A stretch of DNA of 64,000 nt from Geosiphon pyriformis uo1 (lineage: Eukaryota > Fungi > Glomeromycota): contig JAAOMT010000083.1 of assembly GCA_016748015.1 (NCBI GenBank), forward strand, positions 31,007 through 95,006. The letters run 5' to 3'. The notes beneath the pieces were generated by a model. It had not been told where the DNA came from and searched no databases. It saw only the letters and a list, made by a program, of their open reading frames with translations. Position 1 is the stretch's first letter. Each line of letters opens with the position of its first letter. Positions 12,801 to 25,400 of this stretch are shown piece by piece. A program made the translations under genes and the position numbers.

Positions 12801-15400
12801 TAGAAAATATTCATTTACAGTTAAACAGGTATTAAAATTCCAAAATTTGGCTTTGCAAAATTTAATAACTCAAATTACTGAAACTGAATGAATACTTAGA
12901 GAACTCAAAAAACTATTTCGAGAATTAACATTAGATAAACATACTCTTTAAATACTTATACAATATTATTAAAACCTTTATCTAACTTTAATATTTAAAA
13001 ATACAAGATTTTAACCAACTACAATTCAAGTTACTTCTTAAATTATTCGAGCTTTAATATTTACAATTGGTAATAAAATATTTGGATCTTTAATAAACTA
13101 ATTTGATCTTAATGCCTATATTGTGGCATAATTTCCAGATAACTAACAAAGAAGACATTACTAGCCAGAAATTATTTGGTATTATTTAAAATATTTCTTG
13201 AAAATACCAAATAATAACAGCAATTCTTATCAAATAGAACATTTATTTTGTTATATTAATTAGTATAAGCCAAATAAATTTCGAAATCACTTTTATGTCT
13301 ATAAAAATTATTATGTTGTTTCGACTTTGGCATATTTAGGAATGATAAATGCTAAATTATAGAGTAAAAGTTTTTATCTAAAAGACTATTATTCAATAAT
13401 TCCAGTCCAAAAAATTATGAATTGGTTTATTAAGACAAAATATACATGACAAGGAGCAGAAAAAATAATTGTTGTAATTCCATTAAATTCAAATTAGGAA
13501 TTTAATTATATGTAAAAAAACAGAAATACACTTATAAAACATTATAAATAAATTGATAATTCATTATGCATAATTTAATAGATTATTATGCCGTTTACTT
13601 ATATATAATATATAATGTAAAATATATACTTGATTTATTCTTTCTTTTTTTGTTTACTTTCTTTTCACTTTATCTTTGCTTCTTATTATGATATATTTCA
13701 AATATGAATAAGAGCAATAAAAGCAGAAAAAAACGCTAAAAGGACTACAAATACAGTATATTCAATAACAGACAATGCTCTTACATATCTTAATAGTATT
13801 ACTAATGTATTTCTGATTTTTTCGATAATAATCTGATAATAAGTCAAGAAATTAAAGATATAAAAACAAGTTAAGAAAAGTATTTTTCCGATTCAGTGGC
13901 TGCATTTAACAGAGCAAATGTTTATATTCAAGACCAATTTTAAAATATTATTCAAGTATTAAATAATCATAATAAATTCTTTGAAGTAACAAGTTGCCAA
14001 TTCGACCAAATAATAAGAAAAGTTAATAAAATAATTATTCATAAAGTTACTAGAAAAATTTTTGGAACTATTGTTAATAATGTGATCAAAAAAATTGAAA
14101 GAATATAAAAAATATTATCAATATTGTAGTTACAAAAACTATTAAAAAAGCAACAAAAAACACATCCAATAAGAATACTTCGACAGATGAAACCAAGAAT
14201 TATAATAATGATGATAATAAAAAAGTTACAAATTGTGTGGATGATAGTAGAGCAACCAAATATATTAAGAGCAAATCTTCAAAGAAATCCCATTTTTTTT
14301 CAATTTTATAAAAAAAAATTCATATTAAAGTTGGTCAACATCTTGATTTAGTTAAGAGGTATAAAAAAAATACTCTAAATATTAAAAAAAATGTTAATTG
14401 AGATTATGTTTACAACTTAAATAAAACACTTATAACAACTTGTAATAAAGATATTACTAAAGCATATGTCAAGTTTTTTTAAGCAGAGCTAAAAAAAATC
14501 CAAATATTGGTAAGTGCTTGTTAATATGTTTTTTTGTTTTTTTAAACTTTTTTTTTATTCTTTAGCCGAAGAAAAAAATAAATTACATTAATTATTCACA
14601 AAACTTGTATTTTATATATATATTATTTATAAAAAATTAATTTCAAATAACTGCAGACTCCAAAAAAACAACATTCAAGATTATTGCTCTTTGTTGTAAT
14701 TAGTACTATTACAAAATATTTAATTTTTTTGGTAATTTTTTTTATTCTATTAATAACCAACTTATATAATTTTAAAAGTTAAATGCTTAGATCAAAAAAG
14801 CAGTTGAACTTATTTTTTCATATCTTTACAAAGAAGTTGCTATTTTTTTCAAATTCGAATATATCTCTCTTGAACTTAGTGAAGAAAAATTCAAATGCAC
14901 AGACAAAAAACATGAATATTTGTTTATTAACTACTATTTAAATTAGAAAAGATAATATTATTGTTTTATTATAGTTTTATTTATTTTTTTTGTGTATTTA
15001 TTAATATTTTTTCTTAGATTAAGCATATTATTAATCAAATAGATTAAGCAATCTAAATAAATTTTTATTATAACAAAACAGATAAAAAAAAGTAGATGTA
15101 TTTAATTTGATTAACACATTTCTGTTTAGTTATTTGATAAGTATTATAAAACTCTTAAAATGCTGAAATACAAGACCAAAAATCTGATTTATTAGACTAT
15201 TTATGATAAGTGTAAATGTATTTAATACTATATATATTTTTAGAATTCTAATAAGCTGATTATTAAACTTTATTCAAATAATAATTAAAATAAGTCGAAA
15301 AGAATAAGTAAGTAAAATTATATTTGTAATTTTATATATTAGTTATATATTTTATAATAACAAAATTTTATTTGAATAAATTAGTATTGTTCAAAGTTTA
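9803..15400 (+). mobile_element. Decayed CACTA/EnSpm-type DNA transposon (right end not resolved)
   Basis: Starts with CACTG at 9803, where the composition shifts to extremely AT-rich sequence. Contains a Tnp2-like transposase relic and a degenerate second intron-bearing reading frame from about 13703. Confidence 0.6.
10167..13506 (+). pseudogene. EnSpm/CACTA (Tnp2-like) transposase pseudogene
   Basis: Hand translation gives SDIYNSQI, LALNIDWFES...YSVGAIYLTILNFP (11455-11540), IISGP, YLILIVNELLQL*, CSFLGHSS and TIIDFIYNIFLG. These match the conserved EnSpm transposase motifs (NIDWF, S.GAIYL..LNLP, IPGP, D.MHN.FLG). Many stops and frameshifts. Confidence 0.75.
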
Positions 15401-15899
15401 GTAATTAAAATAAAGTAAGTTTTACAAAAGACAATTAAAGTAAAAAAAAAATTAGTGTTAAGTTATTATATATAAAATGAGATTGGATTTTAAAATCTTG
15501 TTACTTTAATATAATTCCTTGTTAAAATACAAGCTATTATTTAATATCTATTCTAAATATCTATATAATATTTATTATATATTTTTAATTCTATAGCTTG
15601 TAATAACAATGTAAATTAATAAAAATATATATCAAATTACATTAATAATATATTATAAATACTAAATAAATTAACAAAATATTATTTTTATTACTTTAAT
15701 AAAACTATATTTTATAATATATTATAAATATATTATTTTTTTAATTTATTTATTATATATTGAAAAAGCAAAGTTATTTCTTTATTATTATATAATATTA
15801 ATTTATTAAAGTTATATTAATATTACAATTATAATATAAAACAAAATTTGCAAATGTACTATTAAATACAATATTTTAGAATTACATATACATATTTTT

Positions 15900-16948
15900 A
15901 ATATATTTACTTGAAAAAACATTAAAATTACTCAATTTTTTAACTGGTAATATTTTTTTGCTTTTTGTTAATATTTATAAAAAATATTTAAAAGCTAATA
16001 AGATAACAATTTTTAAGAACAGTTTGTATATTGTTTATAGTATTTTTAATGTTATTGGCTGTACTTGCTAAAAATTTAGATTTGATTTTGGTATTATTAA
16101 TAACATAATTAAAAATATTAATTAAGATCAAATTTTTTTAGTTTAATATTTCAATTTGAATATAACTTTTAGTTTTACAAATAAATTAATATTTTATTTG
16201 TATTTATATTTTATATTATTATTTGTTTATAGCGATTTAAAAGCACTTATATAATTATAAATATTTTAATATAATGTATTTATATTATGATAAATCAAAT
16301 TTCAAATTATACTTTTATGTATATAATAAATTTTAATGTTTACAAAAAAATATTGGATTAATTTTTTACTTGGTAAAAGTTTTTATTAAAGATATGTGTT
16401 TTAATATTTTGTGTATTATAATTAATATTATTCTGTATATTTGATATTATAATATATACTGCTTTATACAAAAATATTATTTTAGAGATTGAAATTATAA
16501 AACTTTATTTGCATTTAGTAATACTAAAAATTCTATTTGTTTAATTGTCATATTTGTATGTTATTTAGAAATTGCTTATTGTAACAAAAAATAATTAGTT
16601 AGATCTAAATTTAATATAATTATAAAGAAGAAGTGTTTAATTTATAGTAATAAGTCTGTATTTTTAATTATTAATAGTATATTAATATTGCTCTTACATA
16701 GTGTAGTAAAGTTGTTTGGTATTGCTAAAATGCTCAATATTTTTCATGATTTATGTAAGATTTATACATTTTTTTTGGTATAAAATATTATATCTTAATT
16801 AATATAAATGTATAGTGTAGTTTTGATTAGCCTAAATAACTGATTACATATAGAAAGCATGTAATTTACGTTTAGTTTAAACCACTTAACTTGGTGTATA
16901 ATACTAGCTAGCTTTAGATCTTACTTATTAAAAAATAATAATAAAAAA
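15900..16948 (+). mobile_element. 3' relic of a LINE (ORF2 C-terminus, 3' tail and A-rich end)
   Basis: Decayed translation LVRSKF...KKKCLI...VVKLFGIA aligns with the ORF2 C-termini at 43340-43564 and 50995-51222. A TAG at 16813-16815 is followed by the shared 3' tail. Confidence 0.7.
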
Positions 16949-18629
16949 TTATAATTTATTTAAAAAATCTTTGATAACTAATACATATTTTTTAAATATT
17001 ACCCAAATTAAAAATGTTTGAAAAAAAAAACTATTTTCAAATTTTAGAGTATTAGCTCAACTTTAGAGTTAAATATAAAAAAAAAACTAATCTTGTTTTT
17101 AAAACTGGTAATAATTAACTAAATTATAAAATCAAAAAAAATTTAGTAAATGAATTTTTGTTGTTCTTATTTATAACCAAAATGAAAATTAAATATTATA
17201 ATTAGTATTAATAATAAAAAATGAATAAGAATTTTAACAAAAAAGAAATTTAAAGTTTTATTTTCCAGAAAAAAAAGATTGTTTCTTTGCTGTTTTGGCA
17301 TTTGAACAGCAGTAAGAAAAAAAACTGAAACTTTATTATTAATTTGCTATTAAAGACCTTTGAGTTTTTCAAGAAAGCAATAACAACACGAAAACTAATT
17401 CTAATATGTCATTTTGAAAGAAATTTAACTATAAAAACTTTCAGTCAAAAACAATTTTTTTGTGTAAACTGAATAAATTTTGCCACTTATTATTGATAAA
17501 ACTTATTGTTTAGCAATATATTTTTCGTATTAGTAATTTTTTTTACAAAATAATAAAATTATGAAAATAAATGCTAAATTTCTAATACATAAGAAATTTA
17601 CTTCTTTTATTTATAACGCATTTTTTACTAAAGTTGTTCAAAAATTAATAATTAAAATATTTGATTTTTTTATTGAATAAAATATAATATATCATATTTT
17701 TAATAATAAATAATATTTGATGTGTGGGTTTTTTTCTAATTAAATTGTTTATTAAATCTACAATTTTATAGTTGTAATGAGAATTTTTTTGTTGTATAAA
17801 ACTTGTTAAAAAATCTCAATAATCAAATCAAACCTTTTTTAATTTTGAACTTTTTTTACTAATTGACTTATATCTTTATGTTTATTCTTTTTTTTTATAG
17901 ATGAATTTGGTTTTTAACATATGTTATTATATCAAAATTAAATTTTATACTTTTAAACATTAAAGTATCTTTAAAATTTATTGTAGAAGATTAAAATAAA
18001 TAATTGAATTTCAGGTATAAACATTTGTATTATTTTAAACAATGAATATAAATTCCAAAAGCATTTAATCGCATTTTTGACTTATTAATAAATTAATTAT
18101 AAATTATCAAAAATATATTATTCATTTATTATTAAGTTTGAATCAAGAAAATCTTTTTCAAATGCAAACTGAATATTCTAAAGGAAACAGTGTAAAATAT
18201 AAGGTTAAATAAGAAAAACTAGGTATTTCGAGCTTACTGAGAAATATCTCGATTTTAAAAATATTAATTAGAAGAATCTATTTATTAAAAAGTAAGTGTC
18301 TGGGCATCCATTTATAAAAGTATATATTTTTATTTTATTGCTAGTAAAAAAAAAGCATCATCTAAAATTATAATTTTAAAGTTGTATTTCTAATTCCATT
18401 CAGCTAAAGAGCGTTTTATGGTTTTAGCCTGTAATAAAGACCTAAACTTTAGAGATTACTTTTATTATAAGTTCTAAAGTTTTTTTGATGTTTAAATAAT
18501 TTAAATGATATTCTTTCAACATTATTGTGAAGTTCATAATAATAGGCTATAGAATATTCTGCCAATGAAAATTAATAAGATTGGTAGTAGTCTTCAGAAT
18601 ATGCATAATCAAATTAGACAAAAGCGAAT

Positions 18630-20119
18630 TTATCTTTTTATAATTTGAAAAACTTCATACTCCTCGAAAAGGAAATTCACCCGTCCCTTTTCTGATCCAG
18701 GCATTATAGCATGCTCATATTCTGTTGTCTTTTGACAATAGCAGCCTGGACTATTTTTAAAATCATCGCTACACACACGAATATCGGCATTAAATTGGGG
18801 TCCATGATTTGGCTCACCATAAGGTCCATATATGCCAACAAATTTGCTAAGCTTAGAATTTCCAGCTTTGCCATCTCCAAGGGAAAAAATAAAAATTCCT
18901 CTTCCATTTATATTTTCTCCCCGAGTGCCAAGACTGTGGGTTATAGCCGCCAATTATCTGACCAGTTCCTTTCACTTTTATTACGCTTACTGTTGCTCCT
19001 TTATCATCACATAATCGATGAAAATCGGCTGGAGTGAATCCGTCTCGACTGCCTCGAAGTAACAATTGGAAATCATTTCTAAGTTGATCTTCGAAAGGAG
19101 TATTTTCGTCTTTGCCTTCAATCCAATGATCAAGTTGTTTTATATTATGCAATCGAAGAAGCTTTGAATTGAGATTTGATCGTAATGGCTGAGCATCTAC
19201 AGACTTTTGATGACTACCCGGTACGAGATAATGATGTAAAAGATCTTCATATAAAGTTCCAGGTAAGATTCTCGCAAATGGTTTTACTTTGTGATAGAAG
19301 TCAACTGAAGATATGTTAAAGAACCGGATTAAAGGTAAAAGTCTTTCAATAGATTCCTTAAAGGCGTTAAAGTTTTCATCTGTCCAGTAAAGAACGTTCT
19401 TCGTCTGAATATTGTTCTCTAATTTAGCAACTCCCCATTCTATAATTTTTTGCCATATTTCAGATTCTTCTATATTTAGATCATCTCGGGTTAAAACTGA
19501 GGAAAGAACATTTTCACTAAGCGAGGTGAAATCTTGCGAGTTGAAGACTATAGCTGGATTGTTAGCAGCTATTTCGGCGCAGAAATTTTGTAAATTTTTG
19601 AAAGAATCATGCTTAAATGAAGTTCTCTGCAATGTGGCGAAATTTTCTTCTAGCTCTTTTGCATGGTGTTCAATCAAATAGTCTTCAAGGTGATCAATAA
19701 ATTTTACTAGAATAAGCTCATCAGCGATAACAAGCAATTCTAAAATGGTAGGTACTCCATATTTATCAAGAGAAATCTCGCCATTATAAATATATCTGTA
19801 TAGGAAAAAAAACATATAAATCATATTGGCCAAAATACTTTAAAGCAAATGAAAGCCCTTACCTGAGAATTATTTCAAAAATATTAGGAGAGATATTAGG
19901 TTTAGCGAAGATAATGGTATTATTTTCCCTTTTGATCCAATTGCCAGAGAGTGCTACAGCAAAATAGGGTGATCTTGCTGCTAAAATTTGCGAATGAGCT
20001 TGAAAAGTTCTAATATTAGGCGCTTCGCCAACTATAATTCTAACATCAGAGAACTTCTGACTGTCAAATAGATTCCCGAAATCATTGGATAAAGCGTGAA
20101 AGTGTTGTTGGGGTGACAT
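18630..20119 (-). CDS. BTB/POZ-BACK-TLDc protein; exons 20119-19863 and 19795-18630, with an apparent frameshift near 18920 (possible pseudogene or assembly indel)
   Basis: BTB: SDVRIIVG...FQAHSQILAARSPYF...FEIILR|YIYNG, joined across a 67-nt GT-AG intron (19862-19796). BACK: LTRDDLNIEESEIWQKIIEWG. TLDc: LLLRGSRDGF...FHRLCDDKGATV...IIGGYNP, continuing in another frame as FIFSL...GPQF...EYEVFQI. Confidence 0.85.
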
Positions 20120-22899
20120 TGGTAAAATATATAAAAAGCTTTGAAATATTAATATTTCGATCTGTAGTGTTTAAGAAAAGGCATTTTCACAAAATCAAAT
20201 CAGCGCTGACTTATAATACATGTAAATGTGATCGACAGGTGATCTTACTATATTTATTTAAATCGGGTGAGATTCCACCTCTACAAAATTAAGAAGTTTT
20301 GCATTTTTCGTTACTCTGCAGATATAATTAAGTTTTTGTTATTGTTATTTTATTTTTTATAACAATAATGGACAATTTGGTAGAAAAAAGTAATCATTAA
20401 TACAATAGTGAATGAATTAAAATTTAAAAACCTCACAGAAGCACAGCTTTTTTGTTACAAATTGGAATAACACATTAACCAATAGCAAAAAAAACAAGTA
20501 TTATATAATAAAAATAATCAAAAAGAAATTTCAATTAAAAAGTGAATTAAATATGTATAAATTAAATATGCAAATTTGTTTTATAAATATCTCAGCTATT
20601 ATTTTTCAAAGAGTTTAAAAAAATAAAAAAATGGTCTGTACTGTTAACAAAAGATAACATAACTAATATAATTCTATGTCTCAATTAGTGCTTGTAAAAT
20701 TTGGTAACAGATATTGTTTGTGTTTTTCAGTAATTATTTATTTAATAAGATTTCTTAAAAGCGTAAGATAATTATATATTAAAAAAAGAAAAAAGAAAAA
20801 AAATTATGATCTTTTAGATAAAAAATGTACGAAGAATTTTAATTATTGTGTTAAAAGAATTGATTTAAAAAATAAGTGTTTTAAGAATTATTTTTGTGAC
20901 TAATATTTTTTTACAGCTTTGAAAAATCTTGTTTATATATCTTCAAAAAAAACAATTAACCAAATTAATAAACAAATTAATGATTAGATTAATAATTAAG
21001 TCATTCATTAAGTTTATTATTATATTAATAAAAAATTATTATAAATAGATGATTTTAAAACTAAAAATAAAATATCTTAAAATTTACACAACTTTCTTTT
21101 AAAACAACCTAATAAACAGCAACTGATTTAATAATATAAAGCTCTTAAATAAAGATTTTTGTTTTTATAAATAATAACAAGCCAATATATTCATATATAT
21201 TGATAAAACTTAAGATTTAAAAGAGTATTTAGTTTTATTTTAAGTATTTTGAAATAATATATTTTGTTTTATTTTTTTAAACACACTTAGCAAAATTTTT
21301 AATTTAAATGTAAAAAAATAATATGCTAGTAAAATTGTTTTACTTTTTTATTAAATATTTGTAAATTATCTTTTTTTTATACAAAATTAATATTAATTTT
21401 GAGTATAAAGCTTTCTTAAAAAACAATTTTCTTTGCACAAAGTTATATAAAGCTGTTTAGTATTGTTTTTTGTTACTATTTATTTGTTTAAAAATTTTAG
21501 TTCAAATAAAATTTGTTTTTAATCTTGTTAAATTACATATTACAACATATATAGCAGTATTAAAAAATAAAAATAATAGTTAATTTGATATTTTTAAAAC
21601 TTTTGTTAACAAAAGTAGTATTTTTAATGATATATAAAAAATTTTAATTGTAAATTTTTGAATTTATTAATCTTTTAAGTAGTTATAATTAATAAATTTA
21701 TAAAAAACTATAATAATATTTACATATTTTACTTATATTATATATATTTTAAACAATAATATATAGAATTTTAAAGATAATTAATTAAATACAAATATTA
21801 TAAGACTAAATTAATAATATTTTTTTATTTTTATCTAAATAAAAAACATTAATTTGCATTTATTTACTATAAAATTAAATTTAAAATTTAAAAACAAAAT
21901 ATTTTAATATTTATAATTTAAATATTAATAAAAATTTAAAGAAGTTTTTTTATTTTATTTTTTTTGTATTTTTGATTAAATTTTTCAGTTTTAAAATAAC
22001 TTTTAACAAATAATTAACAGATATTATGAATTTTTTTTATTATATATTTTATAAGTATGATTTAATTATTATCTAGTATATATAAACAAACCAAGAATTT
22101 ATAGTTAGACAATTCATGTTTTTGTTATATGTAATTAGCTACTTAAATTAGTTAAAACTATATTATACACTTATAACTATATTAATACTAATACTTAAAC
22201 AAAAAAAATATATGTGTTAATTATATAAATTCAAATTAACAATTACAATTTTATTAATATTTACCAACTAAATTATATTATTTAACAAATATTTTATTAA
22301 TTTATGTAAATTATATAAAATTGATAAATTATTAATAATTGAAATTCTTTTTTTTATTATTAGTTAATATATAAATTAATATAATTAATCTTATTTTTGT
22401 AACTTTTTATTAAATGTTAAATTACTAAAATAATAAACAGCTTAATCAATTTAGTTTTTTTGAATACTAACAAAATTTTAGTATACTATTTACTAAAAAT
22501 TATATATTTATACAAATAATATATTTTGTATTAACTAAAACACAAAAAACTATAAATTATAATACTAAAAAAGATAAAACTAATATATTTATTAGAAAAA
22601 CCCAAAATTTTAAAGCTTTTTTTAATATATTTAAGCGAATTTTAATATTTAATTTATATATAAAATTATAATTCAAAAATTCAATCTTATTATAATAAAA
22701 ACAAATCTTCTTAAGATATTATTTATTATATAAATATTTTGAATACCAATTATAAGTTATTTATAAACAGTTTTTATAATATATATATAGATTAATAATA
22801 TATTTATTGTTAATATCTAAATATATGTATAAAATTAAATATCATAAAGTATTATATTAATATTAAGTCTTATTTTTTTACTTAGTATTCTAGATTAAA

Positions 22900-25400
22900 T
22901 TATAAATTTGATAAATAAAATAATAAATATTGTTTGAAACAACCATATTTTTTGATCAAAATTTTAAGAAAAAAGTAGCAGCATAAGTCAATTTATTAAT
23001 AATTATATTAATAATTATACTTAAATGCTTTATAATTTTAAATTATACTATTAAAATGTTTTTATTATAAATAAAATTGTAAATTTGTTTTTTTAATCTA
23101 ACAACTATTGTAAATATTAAGTTTATACAAATTAAACTTAAAAATACAAACATTAATAGTAATTTAACTGTCTAAATAAATAATAACTATATTTAAAAAA
23201 TATATTTAAGAACTAAAACAATAATTTGCAGTTTAATAAATATTAATAACATTAAACTGAAAACCCAAATATTAATATTTAATTCCAAATTTTTAAAATA
23301 TACAACAATTCTATTAATAATACTATAAAATCTTAATTTTTTTAATAAATTATCTGTAAAAACATTAATAATTAGCAGTTATATTTTTATCAAACTTTTA
23401 CTAATCATTAATAAATTATTAGATTTTAATATATTCTGCCAAAAATATTATTTCCAAAAGAAAAATAGACTTATAAGCAAATTTTTTTTGAAAAAATTAA
23501 GTAATAACAATAAATTAATAAGATATTAGATTTTTAAGATTAAGTTTTTTTTATTAATAAAAAGTTTTTTAGTTAAAATTTTGTTTTACTTATTAAGTAA
23601 TTGCTTGTTAAAAATTACACTAAATTTTTTTAAAGAATAAATTACATTAAAATACAACTTTATATTTAAAATATTAAAAATAAAAATATTATTTAAGTTT
23701 AAAAATATTAATAAAATAAACCAAATCAAAAAAACACTATAATTCAAAATAATTTTAATCATATTAATTATATTAACCAAAAAATTGTTAATTAAATTAA
23801 TATATAATCTAACTAAATAATACAAAAATTTAGCAGAGTTTAATTAGAAATCTATAAATCTATAAATCTGTAATTAAAAAACCTATTAATAATATTAAAT
23901 ATATTTAAAAATAAGACTAAAAATACTATTTTGTTTTTAGCTTAAACCTGGTTAAATAATTTAAAACTATATAACAAAAAATAATATAAAGCTTTATTTA
24001 AAAAGTTTTTAAAAAAATTTGCCTTATATCTTAAATTTTTATATATTATTGTATTTTACTTCTGATACATATTTTTTAAAATAAAATTGAATTGTAATTT
24101 ATAATTAATTATTAGTTAAAGCATAACAAAAACCAAATACAAGAACTATTTATCAAAAATAGCTTTTTTAAAATTATATTTACAAAAAATTATATATATA
24201 AATAAATTTTAAACATATTAAGTTTAAAAAAATTATTTGTAAACAAAAAAATTAATAAATAATAATACATTTTTTTGTTTTTTACTATAGCAATTAATAA
24301 ATTGCTAATAAATAAATTAGCATTAGTAATATATTTGTTGATAAAAATAATCACAGTTTCTTTATTTAATAAAAATATTATTAATTTAAAAAATTACTAA
24401 TCATATTAAAAATATATTGTATTATAGTATAATTATTGTTAATTCAGATAATATTATCAACAAAAACATTAGCTTTTAAATATAATATTAATTTAAAATA
24501 AGTATTAATATAATTTGTTTTTAATATGCATTTAAATTTAATATAATAACCAAAAAACTATTTATGTTTCTTTATTTTGTACAAAAAAAATTAAAAAAAA
24601 TGTGTTATAACAAAAAAAAAAGCTTTACTTTAATTTTAATTATTATAAAATTTTATAGTTATTATTTAATCTAAAATCAATTATTACATGATTTAAATAG
24701 TTATTATAAATGCTTTTAAAAAATTTAACAAATTTAAAACATATTTTAATTCTTAATAAACTGTTTTTTAAATAAAACTATTTATAAAATTATATGTTTT
24801 ATATATATTCTATAAAATTAATTACAATTTACAATTTTTTTTAATACATTTTTTATAACTAAACTATGGCAAAAATTAGTAATAAAATTAATATACTTTT
24901 TAAAACTAAAAAGTTGTTATTACAAAAAATATTTAATTAACTACATATATTAAAAATATAATTTAACAAAAACTTTGACAAAATTTTATAAGCAGTTTTA
25001 ATCAGAATTATAAAATAAATATTTGTTAAAATTTCTTTCTAATTATAAAATATAAGATTATTAAAACTTATACATATTTTTATTAAACAGACACTAATTT
25101 TAAAGCCAAACAAAAATTCAAAAAAACCAAAAATAAACTTAAAACACTTATATTATAATACTATTAAAATTTATTTAAAATATCTAAAAATTTAATTGTC
25201 TTATTAACAAAAAGCAACTTTATTATTAAAAAAAATTTATTTAAAATTTATTTTTTTCTAAAAAACTATTATTATTTTGCAAAAAAATATTCTAAAATAG
25301 TAATATTTATTAAAATTAAAATGTTATTACTAATTAAATAGATTTTAGTAATGTTTAATAACTTAACAAAATATTTTTTTATTATAATGTGTCTATACAT
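22900..25400 (-). mobile_element. Highly decayed LINE ORF2 relic (RT and RNase H)
   Basis: Reverse-strand translation ANVFVDNII*INN...QYIFNMISNF (~24300-24480) matches the RT catalytic region ASVFIDDTIWV...QYILNVASEF. IVVYFKNLELNINIWVFSLMLLIFIKLQIIVLVLKYI (~23200-23320) matches the RNase H segment of the younger copies. Boundaries are approximate. Confidence 0.6.

Noticed and set aside
3078-20119. Functional pairing of the convergent SLR-kinase and BTB-TLDc genes
   Set aside because: Both belong to greatly expanded families in this fungal group and lie 10 kb apart with TEs between them; adjacency alone is not evidence.
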